From: Cytophagaceae bacterium
GTDB lineage: Bacteria > Bacteroidota > Bacteroidia > Cytophagales > UBA9547
DNA: 64,000 bases
Direction: 5' to 3'
NCBI GenBank assembly: GCA_027488865.1
Contig: JAIYAU010000058.1
Span: 2,724-66,723 of the forward strand
Below, one piece after another: positions 53,442 to 63,697 of the stretch; the stretch's first letter is position 1, and each line of letters starts with the position of its first letter. Below the pieces are notes generated by a model. That model ran no database searches. It saw only the letters and a program-made list of their open reading frames with translations, and was not told the origin of the DNA. Position numbers and translations under genes: made by a program.

Positions 53442-54119
53442 TTATTTAGTTTTTAACTTATCAGCAAATACTTTTTTTACCTTATCTATTTTAGGTTTAA
53501 TGACGTAACTGCAATAAGATTGATTGCTATTTTGATTAAAATAATTTTGATGATAATCTTCAGCAACATAAAATACCTCAGCCTTTGAAATTTCAGTCAC
53601 TATTGGCCTAGACCATACTTGAGCTTCAGTTAGTTTTTTCTTGTAGTTTTCTGCAATCACCTTTTGTTTATCAGTATGATAGAAAATAGCAGAACGGTAT
53701 TGCGTACCTTCGTCATTGCCTTGTCTATTTAACGTAGTAGGGTCGTGTGTTTGCCAAAAGACCTCAAGTAACTCTTCAAACGTAACTTTGGCGGGATCAT
53801 AGGTGAGTTGGCACACCTCAGCATGACCTGTAAGACCACTACACACTTCGCGATAAGTAGGATTTTTTATTTTACCACCCATATACCCACTTTTGACCAA
53901 CTCAACACCTTTGATTTGCTGAAATACAGCTTCAACACACCAAAAACAGCCTGCACCAAATGTGATGATCTCCAAATTGCTTGTATCAGTTTTTGATACA
54001 TCTTCAGGTTTTGTAATTTCTGAATTTATCATAATATTATTATTTTCTTCTTTATTCACTTTACCACAAGCCAATAGAGACAAAAGGCTTGCTATTATAA
54101 TTGTCAATTTTCTTATCAT
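53442..54119 (-). CDS. msrA: Peptide-methionine (S)-S-oxide reductase with lipoprotein-type signal peptide
   Basis: GAGCFWCVEAVF active-site motif; N-terminal LLSLLACG lipobox-like. Confidence 0.92.
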   Translation of the reverse strand: MIRKLTIIIASLLSLLACGKVNKEENNNIMINSEITKPEDVSKTDTSNLEIITFGAGCFWCVEAVFQQIKGVELVKSGYMGGKIKNPTYREVCSGLTGHAEVCQLTYDPAKVTFEELLEVFWQTHDPTTLNRQGNDEGTQYRSAIFYHTDKQKVIAENYKKKLTEAQVWSRPIVTEISKAEVFYVAEDYHQNYFNQNSNQSYCSYVIKPKIDKVKKVFADKLKTK

Positions 54120-54385
54120 GATTCTGAAACAGTTTTAATTGTGAAATTGTTCTGCAAACTTAAATACTTTAAAAAACTGGTTCTGTCATACTGCTGACCA
54201 AATCAATAAATTATTTTGTATCTATGTTAATCGTTGGAATGTAAACTAATTCATTTCGATTAAAGATTACGACATATTTTTTTCTGTTTTCGTTATTATG
54301 TGATACAATAACCATTACCCCTTAAAGAATATTAAAATATCCAATTAAAGGTTATTAGTTTTTTTAACTTTGTCAAAATTTTTGA

Positions 54386-55189
54386 ATGAACACTAACCCA
54401 ATTGGCATATTCGATTCAGGTATAGGCGGGCTTACTGTAGCGAAGGCCATCAAATACACCTTACCACACGAGCAACTAATATATTTCGGAGATACTGCCC
54501 ATTTACCTTATGGAGATAAGTCCACCGCTGCCATTCAAGCATATGCTGTAAAAATTTGTAATTTATTATTAGAAAAAAATTGTAAATTAATAGTAATAGC
54601 TTGTAATTCAGCTAGTGCAGCTGCATATGAGTTAGTAAAAGAGTATGTTGCTAGTAAGGCAAAAGTTATTAATGTAATTGATCCCGCAGTTGACTACATA
54701 ACCCAAAACTTTAAGAATAAACAGGTTGGGCTAATAGGTACAAAACAAACCGTAAACTCGAATATTTATCTAGAAAAAATAGAAAAGAATAAGGTGGGTA
54801 TAGCTTTACACGCATTAGCCACGCCACTTTTAGCCCCGATGATCGAAGAAGGATTTTATGATGAATCTGTAAGTAAGAGTATTTTAAATCAGTATTTATC
54901 TAATCCAATTCTTTCAAAAATAAATGCGCTCATACTTGGATGCACACATTATCCGCTAATAAAGGCACAAGTAATTGAATATTATAACAACGAAATTGAT
55001 ATTATCGACTCATCTGAACATGTAGCAGAGGCGGTTAAAAAGTATTTAATAAACAACAATCTACTTACAAAGAAACGTGAAAATGTTGATAAATTCTTTG
55101 TATCTGATTATACACGTTCATTTGAAGCCTCTACAAAGATTTTCTTTGGGGAAGAGGTGCATATTGAACATTACCCATTATGGCAATAA
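54386..55189 (+). CDS. murI: Glutamate racemase
   Basis: IGIFDSGIGGLTV, ACNSAS and GCTHYP motifs. Confidence 0.93.
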   Translation: MNTNPIGIFDSGIGGLTVAKAIKYTLPHEQLIYFGDTAHLPYGDKSTAAIQAYAVKICNLLLEKNCKLIVIACNSASAAAYELVKEYVASKAKVINVIDPAVDYITQNFKNKQVGLIGTKQTVNSNIYLEKIEKNKVGIALHALATPLLAPMIEEGFYDESVSKSILNQYLSNPILSKINALILGCTHYPLIKAQVIEYYNNEIDIIDSSEHVAEAVKKYLINNNLLTKKRENVDKFFVSDYTRSFEASTKIFFGEEVHIEHYPLWQ

Positions 55190-55283
55190 ATTTTTATACT
55201 TTTACCAATAATATAAAAATAGAATCTTATTAATAAATTATAATTATTTTTTGAACTTTGTGATAGTTAATCAGTCCAAATAG

Positions 55284-57221
55284 ATGGAACGTAAACATTC
55301 AAATGATAGTGTGAGCCTAGGAGGCTTGTTGGTAACTTTGGGAATTATATACGGAGATATTGGAACATCTCCTCTTTATGTACTTAAGGCCATAATGGGT
55401 ACAAAGTTAGTAACCACCGATTTAGTTTATGGGGGTATCTCAGCCATTTTTTGGACCCTTACATTGCAAACAACATTAAAGTATGTTATACTAACCTTAA
55501 GAGCAGACAATAACGGTGAGGGAGGAATATTTTCATTATTCGCATTAGTACGGCGAAAAATTAAATGGCTTACTATCCCAGCAATTATAGGAGGAAGTGC
55601 ATTATTAGCAGATGGCATTATAACACCCCCTATTTCTGTAGCCTCTGCTGTAGAAGGACTTCTAATACAATACCCTCAATTAGAAACCTTACCAATCATT
55701 ATCACCATAATAACGTTGATATTTTTGTTTCAACGATTTGGCACATCGGTGGTTGGTAAATCATTTGGCCCAATCATGTTTATTTGGTTTTCCATGTTGG
55801 CAGTATTGGGTGTAAGTCAGCTGGTAAAAGCACCTCAAATTTTATACGCCCTAAATCCATATTATGCTTATAGCTTGATAGTAAACACACCTGGCGGATT
55901 TTGGTTATTGGGTGCTGTTTTCTTATGTACGACAGGCGCAGAAGCACTCTATTCAGATTTAGGACATTGTGGCAGAAAGAACATTAGGATATCTTGGGTT
56001 TTTGTAAAAATATGTCTCATTCTTAACTACCTTGGTCAAGGAGCATTTTTAATTTCTTACGAAGGCAAACAACTTAACGAAAATCCATTTTTTGGTATAA
56101 TGCCTGAGTGGTTTTTGATCTATGGTATTGGTATAGCTACAATGGCAGCTATTATTGCCAGCCAAGCTCTTATATCTGGGTCATTCACCCTTATAAGTGA
56201 AGCAATTAGGTTAAATTTTTGGCCAAAATTAAAGCTAAACTATCCCACAAATCAAAAAGGACAATTGTATGTGCCAGCGATCAATACCCTGTTATGGCTA
56301 GGATGCATTGGAATTGTATTGGGTTTTAGAGAATCTCAAAAAATGGAAGCAGCTTATGGTTTGTCAATAACTATTACTATGCTCATGACTTCTTTACTCA
56401 TGGCCAACTATTTGTTAGCTAAACGAACCAATTTAGTCTTAGTGGCCATATTTGTAGTAGTTTATTTTACCATAGAACTATCATTTTTGGCAGCCAATCT
56501 ATTAAAATTTCATGAAGGAGGGTTTGTTACGCTAATAATTGGTTCGGTATTGGTGTTAGTAATGATTATTTGGCACAAAGCTACCAATATAAAGAACCGT
56601 CTTACCGAATATGAACGTATGGATAAGTATATGGAAGCAATGAAGGAATTAAGCAACGATATGACCATTCCAAAATATGCTACTAATTTGGTTTTTATGA
56701 CTAGCTCCAATTCAAAAGAAAAAATAGAAACTAAAATTATCTATTCTTTATTTCAAAGACAACCCAAACGAGCTGACATTTATTGGTTTGTTCATGTAGA
56801 CACAACAGATGAGCCTTATACTATGGAGTTTAAGGTAGACGTAATGGCAGAAGATGATGTGGTGTGGGTCAAATTCAGGTTAGGTTTTAGGGTTGAACAG
56901 CGAATTAATTTATATTTTAGGAAAGTAGTGGAGGAAATGGTGAAAAATAAAGAAGTTGATATCACTAGCCGCTACGATTCTTTAAGCAAACAAAATGTAA
57001 CTGGTGATTTTAGGTTTGTAGTGCTGGAAAAATACCTTTCCTCTGAAAATGACCTCCCAATTTTGGAACAATTGAACATGGACATTTATTTTTTCTTAAA
57101 ACAATTTACAATTACTGAAAAACGTTGGTTTGGCCTAGATACTAGCCTTGTAACTGTAGAAAAAGTACCACTAATCATTAGACCAGTTGGAAGATTTCAT
57201 CTTAAACGAATATATGAGTAG
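55284..57221 (+). CDS. kup: KUP/HAK/KT potassium uptake transporter
   Basis: 645 aa; GIIYGDIGTSPLYV and GAEALYSDLGH motifs; about 12 TM segments. Confidence 0.93.
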   Translation: MERKHSNDSVSLGGLLVTLGIIYGDIGTSPLYVLKAIMGTKLVTTDLVYGGISAIFWTLTLQTTLKYVILTLRADNNGEGGIFSLFALVRRKIKWLTIPAIIGGSALLADGIITPPISVASAVEGLLIQYPQLETLPIIITIITLIFLFQRFGTSVVGKSFGPIMFIWFSMLAVLGVSQLVKAPQILYALNPYYAYSLIVNTPGGFWLLGAVFLCTTGAEALYSDLGHCGRKNIRISWVFVKICLILNYLGQGAFLISYEGKQLNENPFFGIMPEWFLIYGIGIATMAAIIASQALISGSFTLISEAIRLNFWPKLKLNYPTNQKGQLYVPAINTLLWLGCIGIVLGFRESQKMEAAYGLSITITMLMTSLLMANYLLAKRTNLVLVAIFVVVYFTIELSFLAANLLKFHEGGFVTLIIGSVLVLVMIIWHKATNIKNRLTEYERMDKYMEAMKELSNDMTIPKYATNLVFMTSSNSKEKIETKIIYSLFQRQPKRADIYWFVHVDTTDEPYTMEFKVDVMAEDDVVWVKFRLGFRVEQRINLYFRKVVEEMVKNKEVDITSRYDSLSKQNVTGDFRFVVLEKYLSSENDLPILEQLNMDIYFFLKQFTITEKRWFGLDTSLVTVEKVPLIIRPVGRFHLKRIYE

Positions 57222-57224
57222 CAA

Positions 57225-57632
57225 ATGAATTATTGGCTAGTAAAATCAGAACCTTTTAAATATTCTTGGGATAAATTTGTAGCTGATGGAAGCACGTTTT
57301 GGGATGGAGTAAGGAACTACCAAGCACGTAACAACCTCAGAGATATGAAATTAGGAGATTTAGTGCTTTTTTACCATAGTAACGAAGGTAAAGAAATAGT
57401 TGGGATTGCGGAGGTAATTCAAGAATCGTATCAAGATCCCACTACGGAAGATACTAATTGGCTAGTGGTAAATTTAAAACCTAAAAAAAAATTAAATAGT
57501 CCTGTGACCTTAGAAATGATAAAAATGGATGTAACTCTCCAAAATATTGGCCTAGTGAAACAAGGGAGGCTTTCTGTAATGCCAATAAAATCCGAAGAAT
57601 TTGACAGAATATTACTATTAGCTAACGAATAA
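57225..57632 (+). CDS. EVE (PUA-like) domain protein
   Basis: MNYWLVKSEPFKYSWDKF...WDGVRNYQARNNLRDMKLGDLVLFYHS is a typical EVE-domain sequence. Confidence 0.85.
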   Translation: MNYWLVKSEPFKYSWDKFVADGSTFWDGVRNYQARNNLRDMKLGDLVLFYHSNEGKEIVGIAEVIQESYQDPTTEDTNWLVVNLKPKKKLNSPVTLEMIKMDVTLQNIGLVKQGRLSVMPIKSEEFDRILLLANE

Positions 57633-57708
57633 TAAAATCAAGCAAGCTTCATGCCATTAGTAGATTGTTGTATCATAATGATAATAGTGGTGCAAGAACC
57701 TATAATAT

Positions 57709-57748
57709 TTGGATATGGTAATTTTTAAACGAAAACCACCATATCCAA
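57709..57748. terminator. Bidirectional hairpin between convergent EVE and CDF genes
   Basis: TTGGATATGGT (57709-57719) and ACCATATCCAA (57738-57748); perfect 11-bp arms. Confidence 0.55.
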
Positions 57749-57758
57749 AATAACTTAG

Positions 57759-58682
57759 CTAATCCATTTGAATTTTTGCCAAAGACTGCGCCTCAATAAA
57801 TATCTTTTTTATTTCTGGGTGCATTTCTCTTATCTTTCTCTCTATTGTTTCTATGGCATGAGCAACGTCATTTGAAGATATATCATCTTTAAAATTAATC
57901 TCCATTGCCAATATAATTTCTTCAGGACCTAGGTGCATGGTAAGCGGATTCTTTACATTTTGCACTACAACTTCCTGTTTAGTTATAGAAACAATGTCTG
58001 CAATCATATCATCATTAGCGCTTTCTCCAATAAGTAAAGCTTTACTTTCATAAGCCAAAAGCACTGAGGTAGCAGTAAGCACAACACCAATAAATATAGA
58101 TGCAATACCATCAATGTAGTGATTATCAAACATATCGCCTAATAAAACACCAAAAAAAGCAATTACTAACCCTATCAAGGCAGCTGTATCTTCCATTAAG
58201 ACCGCAAATACCGAAGGGTCCTTACTATTGTTAATTGCCACCATTATATTATTTGATTTTATTTCCTTCCTTACCTCATTATACGCAATTACCCAAGATA
58301 TACCTTCAAAAACTAGTGCAAACCCTAACACAATATAGTTTACAAACGAATCTTTGATTTGTTCAGGATGCTCGATGTGCGTAATTCCTTCATATATGGC
58401 CATACCTCCACCAATTCCAAATAATGAAACAGCCACCAACAGCGACCAAAAATATAACTCTTTCCCATAACCAAAAGGATGCTTTTTATCAGGTAATCGT
58501 TGACTTCTTTTGTTCCCCAACAACAACAGAACAGAATTACCACAATCCACAACCGAATGTATCCCTTCAGATATCATAGCAGAACTACCTGTGAAATAAG
58601 CTGCTACAAATTTTGTGATTGCAATCGCCAAATTGGCACCTAAGGCTCCTAATATTGTGCGTGTTGAATTTCCTTTAGCCAT
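57759..58682 (-). CDS. Cation diffusion facilitator family transporter
   Basis: 6-TM N-terminal region with HSVVDCGN and DG-type motifs, plus a C-terminal cytoplasmic domain. The track ORF starts at GTG 58730; ATG 58682 (MAKGNSTRT) is more likely. Confidence 0.8.
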   Translation of the reverse strand: MAKGNSTRTILGALGANLAIAITKFVAAYFTGSSAMISEGIHSVVDCGNSVLLLLGNKRSQRLPDKKHPFGYGKELYFWSLLVAVSLFGIGGGMAIYEGITHIEHPEQIKDSFVNYIVLGFALVFEGISWVIAYNEVRKEIKSNNIMVAINNSKDPSVFAVLMEDTAALIGLVIAFFGVLLGDMFDNHYIDGIASIFIGVVLTATSVLLAYESKALLIGESANDDMIADIVSITKQEVVVQNVKNPLTMHLGPEEIILAMEINFKDDISSNDVAHAIETIERKIREMHPEIKKIFIEAQSLAKIQMD

Positions 58683-58778
58683 AATAAAAATAAGGTTGTT
58701 TGATAAAAATTTTTGATAAGCAATTTGCACAATCTGATAATTTATTCAAAGCAACCTATTAAAAAAATCTTTATTTAT

Positions 58779-59630
58779 TTAAATTAATTTGTTAGTGTAG
58801 TCAGTCCAGTATAGAAGCCTTTTTTGAAAAAATTGTTTAGCCTCCAAAATAATATTTGCGTAATTCGTAAGAACATAACGATACGAAGTACACTCTGTAC
58901 CTGCGCTTATATTTTGAGCAATAAGAAAATCCAAAGCCGAGGCATTTCCAAAAATTTCTTTTAGGTCCTGCAATATCTTTTTATTGTTATTAAGTGTATT
59001 TTTATTTAAAGGCTTAATATATTTTTTATAAATTTTCATGGCTGTATCGTTTGCAGCCAGCCCCTTTTCCATGGCTAAATTGTCTTTTGCAGGATTGGAA
59101 TAATCAAAAAAACTACCATCAAAAATATTTGTCAAAACATTACTTTCGTTATATTTACAATTAAAAAAATAATCCGAACTGGTTGTAAACTTCAAATAAC
59201 TTAAGTTGCTATTACCAATCAATTGCAACCATTTTTTGAGCTCTAGCGGCTTTCTTATATCCAAAACCGGATCTATTACCAAAAGTCGCTTTTGTCCATT
59301 AGTTATAGACCCAATTACAGGTGCTGTGTGATAATTCCAATGAATTAAATGATCACCCGTGAGGTTGTTTTTATCTTTTACTTCAAGCGTTGTTAGATCA
59401 CCCTCTTTTACTGTTATAGGGGCAAACAACCATGCTTTTGCGGGAATTATTTCAAAATTCTTCATTAAAACCAACGAAATAAGATGGCTTCGTTGTTGAC
59501 ACCCTCCCTGTTGATACCTAAAGTCTATGGAAGTTGACTTTACTATGTATCGAAATGCCTCAGAAATTACTGAATAATCGTAAAAATCTGATTGAAAATT
59601 ATCAATATTTGAAAAATGATCGTTTGACAT
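58779..59630 (-). CDS. Protein-glutamine glutaminase-like (papain-fold Cys-His-Asp) protein, no signal peptide
   Basis: GGCQQRSHLISLVL ... IHWNYHTAPVIG ... LLVIDPVLD has the same order and context as the C-x-x-R-x-H / W-x-Y-H-x-A / IDP motifs I recall from Chryseobacterium protein-glutaminase. Confidence 0.4.
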   Translation of the reverse strand: MSNDHFSNIDNFQSDFYDYSVISEAFRYIVKSTSIDFRYQQGGCQQRSHLISLVLMKNFEIIPAKAWLFAPITVKEGDLTTLEVKDKNNLTGDHLIHWNYHTAPVIGSITNGQKRLLVIDPVLDIRKPLELKKWLQLIGNSNLSYLKFTTSSDYFFNCKYNESNVLTNIFDGSFFDYSNPAKDNLAMEKGLAANDTAMKIYKKYIKPLNKNTLNNNKKILQDLKEIFGNASALDFLIAQNISAGTECTSYRYVLTNYANIILEAKQFFQKRLLYWTDYTNKLI

Positions 59631-60219
59631 GCTTAAAGATAGGTATCAATAGTTTAAAATAACAATAATCTTATAATAATTGACCAAAATTATACTTAGT
59701 AATGGTAAAAAATATTACTAATATTAATAAATAAGGTAAAAATTAACCAATAAATTATCTACAAATAATCAATCAACAGATGCTTTTATGGCTTTGCGTT
59801 AAATGACAAAAATAACAAAACAACTAGTCCCTTAAATATTAGGAAAAAGTTAATAGAATTTTTTGAATAACATAAATTACAAAAACTCAAATAACAAATA
59901 AATAATGTAACTCACAAAAATTAAAATAACCAATCCCTATTTTAAAAATAGAACCTATCAAAAAACCTACACTCCACCCTTGTTAACTACGTTATTTGTA
60001 GAATATTAATAGATTATGTTGTAAAATAGACAAAAATACTTAAAAGTAATAACTAAATTTTTTGGAAATGTTTACGCTTTATGCGTCTACGCAGTAGGGG
60101 TGTTCCTTACCATCATGCCATCCAAAATTTAAAATAAGAATTTGTACTTCAATGAACCAAGTCTTATAGTTTAAGTTACAAATTGAAAATTATACGTTGG
60201 ATTTATATAAATTTACCGA

Positions 60220-61647
60220 ATGAACATCCGTATAGAACCGTCAACTAAGATTGATAACCAACAAGATCAAATTGTATTATTAGATGAAATACATCCTGTT
60301 GGTACTTACCTTTCGTCTCAAGAAGAAATTTCCTTGGTCGAAAAACAGGTCAAAAATGACAAAAAACAGATTCATTTAAGAAGAGGTTTAAACAATATCT
60401 ATCTAATTTTTGAAAATAAAGATGAACCTGAAATTAACGAACTAAAAGAGTACTATCGAGTGAAAGGTTATCAAATCTATCAATCGATAAAAGAAGAGCA
60501 CATTACTGATATTCAGATAATTGGAAACGATTTTATTAAAGATTTTATCGAAGGATTTGTTTTAAGTGCTTATAATTTTAATAAATACAAGTCAAATCCA
60601 TCCAAAACTGCCTTAAGATCTATTAAGGTAATAGGTTTAAACAAAAAAGATATTAGAGAATTGCAACACCTCCTTGATGCGGTTTTTTTAACACGAGATC
60701 TTGTAAATGAACCTGTAATTTATCTTACCGCTGAACAGCTGGGTGCGGAGTTTAGTAAAATGGGTAATGAAGCTGGCTTTTCGGTAGAAGTTCTAAACAA
60801 AGCCAAAATAAAAAGTCTTAAAATGGGAGGATTACTGGCCATAAGTGAAGGTGCACCCAACCCTCCTACTTTTTCCATACTTACTTATAAACCTAAAAAT
60901 GCCATCAACAAAAGACCTTACGTTTTGGTAGGCAAAGGGGTGGTTTTTGATACTGGTGGCCTTACACTTAAAGACACACCAAATAGTATGGATATTATGA
61001 AGTGTGACATGGCGGGAGGTGCTGCTGTAGCTGGTGCATTGTATTGTATCGCCAAAAACGAACTACCTGTATATATTGTTGGTCTTGTGCCTGCCACAGA
61101 AAACAGACCCGATGGTAATGCAGTTACTCCTGGCGATGTTATAACAATGTTTAACAAAAAAACCGTTGAGATCTTGAACACAGATGCCGAGGGAAGGGTG
61201 ATATTAGCTGATGCACTTTCTTATGCTGAAAAACTCAACCCGGAACTGATCATTGATTTGGCGACGCTAACAGGTGCTGCAATAATGGTGCTTGGCAAGG
61301 AAGGATCGGTGTGCATGGGAACTGCTAAAAAAACTCATTTTGAGCAGCTTATAAATGCAGGCAATCAAACCCATGAACGTATTTTGCAACTACCACTTTG
61401 GAAAGAATATGACAAAGAAATTGAATCAAGTATAGCTGATTATAAAAATATTGGCAACGGTTCTTCGGCAGGAGCCATCACCGCAGGCGCATTTCTTAAA
61501 CAATTTACCTTAAGTCCTTGGATTCATTTGGACATTGCCGGGCCAGCATTTTTAAAGGCTCCTGATAATTATAGGGGTGCACAAGGTACTGGTATAGGAG
61601 TTAGACTGCTTTATCAATTTTTTAAAAATATTTGTACTTCTATTTAA
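60220..61647 (+). CDS. pepA: Leucyl aminopeptidase (M17 family)
   Basis: VGKGVVFDTGG and NTDAEGRVILADAL motifs. Confidence 0.9.
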   Translation: MNIRIEPSTKIDNQQDQIVLLDEIHPVGTYLSSQEEISLVEKQVKNDKKQIHLRRGLNNIYLIFENKDEPEINELKEYYRVKGYQIYQSIKEEHITDIQIIGNDFIKDFIEGFVLSAYNFNKYKSNPSKTALRSIKVIGLNKKDIRELQHLLDAVFLTRDLVNEPVIYLTAEQLGAEFSKMGNEAGFSVEVLNKAKIKSLKMGGLLAISEGAPNPPTFSILTYKPKNAINKRPYVLVGKGVVFDTGGLTLKDTPNSMDIMKCDMAGGAAVAGALYCIAKNELPVYIVGLVPATENRPDGNAVTPGDVITMFNKKTVEILNTDAEGRVILADALSYAEKLNPELIIDLATLTGAAIMVLGKEGSVCMGTAKKTHFEQLINAGNQTHERILQLPLWKEYDKEIESSIADYKNIGNGSSAGAITAGAFLKQFTLSPWIHLDIAGPAFLKAPDNYRGAQGTGIGVRLLYQFFKNICTSI

Positions 61648-61673
61648 TCCATAGAAACCTATAAAAAACATAA

Positions 61674-61712
61674 CTTGAAACAATTAAATCAAACGAATTT
61701 GATTGTTTCAAG
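61674..61712. terminator. Bidirectional hairpin between convergent pepA and OmpA-family genes
   Basis: CTTGAAACAAT (61674-61684) and ATTGTTTCAAG (61702-61712); perfect 11-bp arms. Confidence 0.55.
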
Positions 61713-61819
61713 CTATTTAGTTTTAACCAATCCTAAGTAGGTGGAGGGCAAACTTAAATTTACCTAAATCAAATAAACCGGATTCTAAAAATCTATAATT
61801 GTCTTTTATCAAAACCATT

Positions 61820-63697
61820 CTATTCTTTTACATCCAATATTTTAAATTCTACACGTCTATTTTTAGCTCTTCCTTCATCTTTATTATTGTCGGCAATTGG
61901 CTTTGTTTCTCCATAACCCTTAGAAACCAAGTTACCCGCTACTATGCCCATTTTAATCATGTATTCAACAACGGATTTAGCCCTTTTTTGAGATAAGGTC
62001 ATGTTATTCAAATCATTACCAATCCAGTCAGTATGTGCAGAAATCTCAACTTTGATATTTGGTGCATCCTTTAACACTGAAACCAGCTTATCAAGTTCTA
62101 CAAAAGACTCAGGTTTTAAATCAGCCTTACCAAATTCAAAGTAAATGTTTTCTACCGTAAACTTAAGACCTTTCTCGATATGCTTTAAGAACCAATCTTT
62201 CTTCTTTTCTTCATAAACCTTTTGATCTGTTAAATCAATTTCGACCTCCTCAGTTAAAAACTCCTTAGATTTTACTTTAATGTCATATTTTGCTCCAGCG
62301 GGTAGTTTAACATCGTAAGGTTCATCTTTACCAAGTTTTTTGTTATAAATGATATCCCCTGTGCTTTTATTTGTTATAATTATTTCTGATTCCAAAGGAG
62401 AGTTGTCTTTTGAACTAAAGGTCTTGCCGTTTAATACTAATGCTGGTTCACGTTTTAACCTAAAATCCTGCTCCTTACTTACAAGACCACCAGTTTGATT
62501 AGTAAGGTCAAATGTATCAATTCTTGTTTGGTATCCAGGTGCCTCGATTATTGCAATAAACTTCTTTTTACCAATAAGTGTAGTTTGATAGTTACGTTCT
62601 GGTGTTACCTCATCTTTATCCACTTGTATATTGTCTTTAACAGATACAAACTTTACTGTTGCAGTTATGGCTTTTCCATCAAAATCATCAAATACTTTCC
62701 CAGATAGTGCCAGTTTTGGATCTATTTCTTTGATTCTTATTCTTATTACGTCGCTATGTTGGTCGTTCCCATGTCCAAAATGCCTAGATAAATAAACATA
62801 ATCTGTTTCATCAGGGGCAGAGAAATAAAAGTCATCATCGTGGGTGTTAAACGGCGCACCAATATGTCTTGGTTTAGACCAACTCGTCCAACTGGAATCT
62901 AAACGATGGGTTTCATAAATGTCAAAACCTCCAAAACTTCCAGGATGCCCATTTGATGAAAAATAGATTGTTTTACCATCAGGTGCGATAAATGCAGTTG
63001 CTTCTGCTCCAGAAGTGTTAATAACCGCACCCATATTTTTAGGTTCGGAATATTCAAATTCACCAGTTTTAAAACTTACATATAAATCCTGTTTACCTAG
63101 TGTATTGTTTGGTTGAGTAATAGCCGAAATTAGCACTTTTTGATCTGCAGATAAATCAAACGAGCACACATCTTTATTTTTGTATCCTTTTATCTTTAAT
63201 TTTTTTGGAAAACTCCAACTTCCGTCAGGCAATTTTGTACTTATAGAAACTCCATTTTTACTTAGCTTATTTTTAAGATAAATGTTGTGTAGTAAAAGAG
63301 TATTACCATCTTCAGATATCCAATGAACCGAGTTATCACCATAATTGTTAAGAGGTTGACCAAAATGATATGCTTTAGACCAAGTACTATCCGCTGTGTT
63401 ATAATCTGACACCCAAATATCTCTGGTTCCTTTTAAATTTTCAGGGTGATTAATTTTAAAAAAATAAAGATGTTTACCATCAGGTGAAATTCTTGGTCCT
63501 GACGACACGTGACCTTCATTTACATACTCACCCAAGTTGTCGATTTTGTAATGAGTCGAATCGTCGTCAATATGAATTGTGTCCTTTGCGTATTTTTGAC
63601 TTATGGGCGCTTTTGGAGTACTATTTTGTGCAAATAGTGTGTTAATAATTGATATCCACAACACCGTTAAACAATAAAATATCCTAATAAGATTCAT
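61820..63697 (-). CDS. OmpA-family protein with PD40/TolB-like repeats and carboxypeptidase-regulatory-like domains
   Basis: Signal peptide; SPDGKHLYFF and APDGKTIYFSSNGHPGSFGGFDIY repeats; C-terminal OmpA domain (FEFGKADL...SAHTDW...NRRVEFKI). Confidence 0.88.
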   Translation of the reverse strand: MNLIRIFYCLTVLWISIINTLFAQNSTPKAPISQKYAKDTIHIDDDSTHYKIDNLGEYVNEGHVSSGPRISPDGKHLYFFKINHPENLKGTRDIWVSDYNTADSTWSKAYHFGQPLNNYGDNSVHWISEDGNTLLLHNIYLKNKLSKNGVSISTKLPDGSWSFPKKLKIKGYKNKDVCSFDLSADQKVLISAITQPNNTLGKQDLYVSFKTGEFEYSEPKNMGAVINTSGAEATAFIAPDGKTIYFSSNGHPGSFGGFDIYETHRLDSSWTSWSKPRHIGAPFNTHDDDFYFSAPDETDYVYLSRHFGHGNDQHSDVIRIRIKEIDPKLALSGKVFDDFDGKAITATVKFVSVKDNIQVDKDEVTPERNYQTTLIGKKKFIAIIEAPGYQTRIDTFDLTNQTGGLVSKEQDFRLKREPALVLNGKTFSSKDNSPLESEIIITNKSTGDIIYNKKLGKDEPYDVKLPAGAKYDIKVKSKEFLTEEVEIDLTDQKVYEEKKKDWFLKHIEKGLKFTVENIYFEFGKADLKPESFVELDKLVSVLKDAPNIKVEISAHTDWIGNDLNNMTLSQKRAKSVVEYMIKMGIVAGNLVSKGYGETKPIADNNKDEGRAKNRRVEFKILDVKE

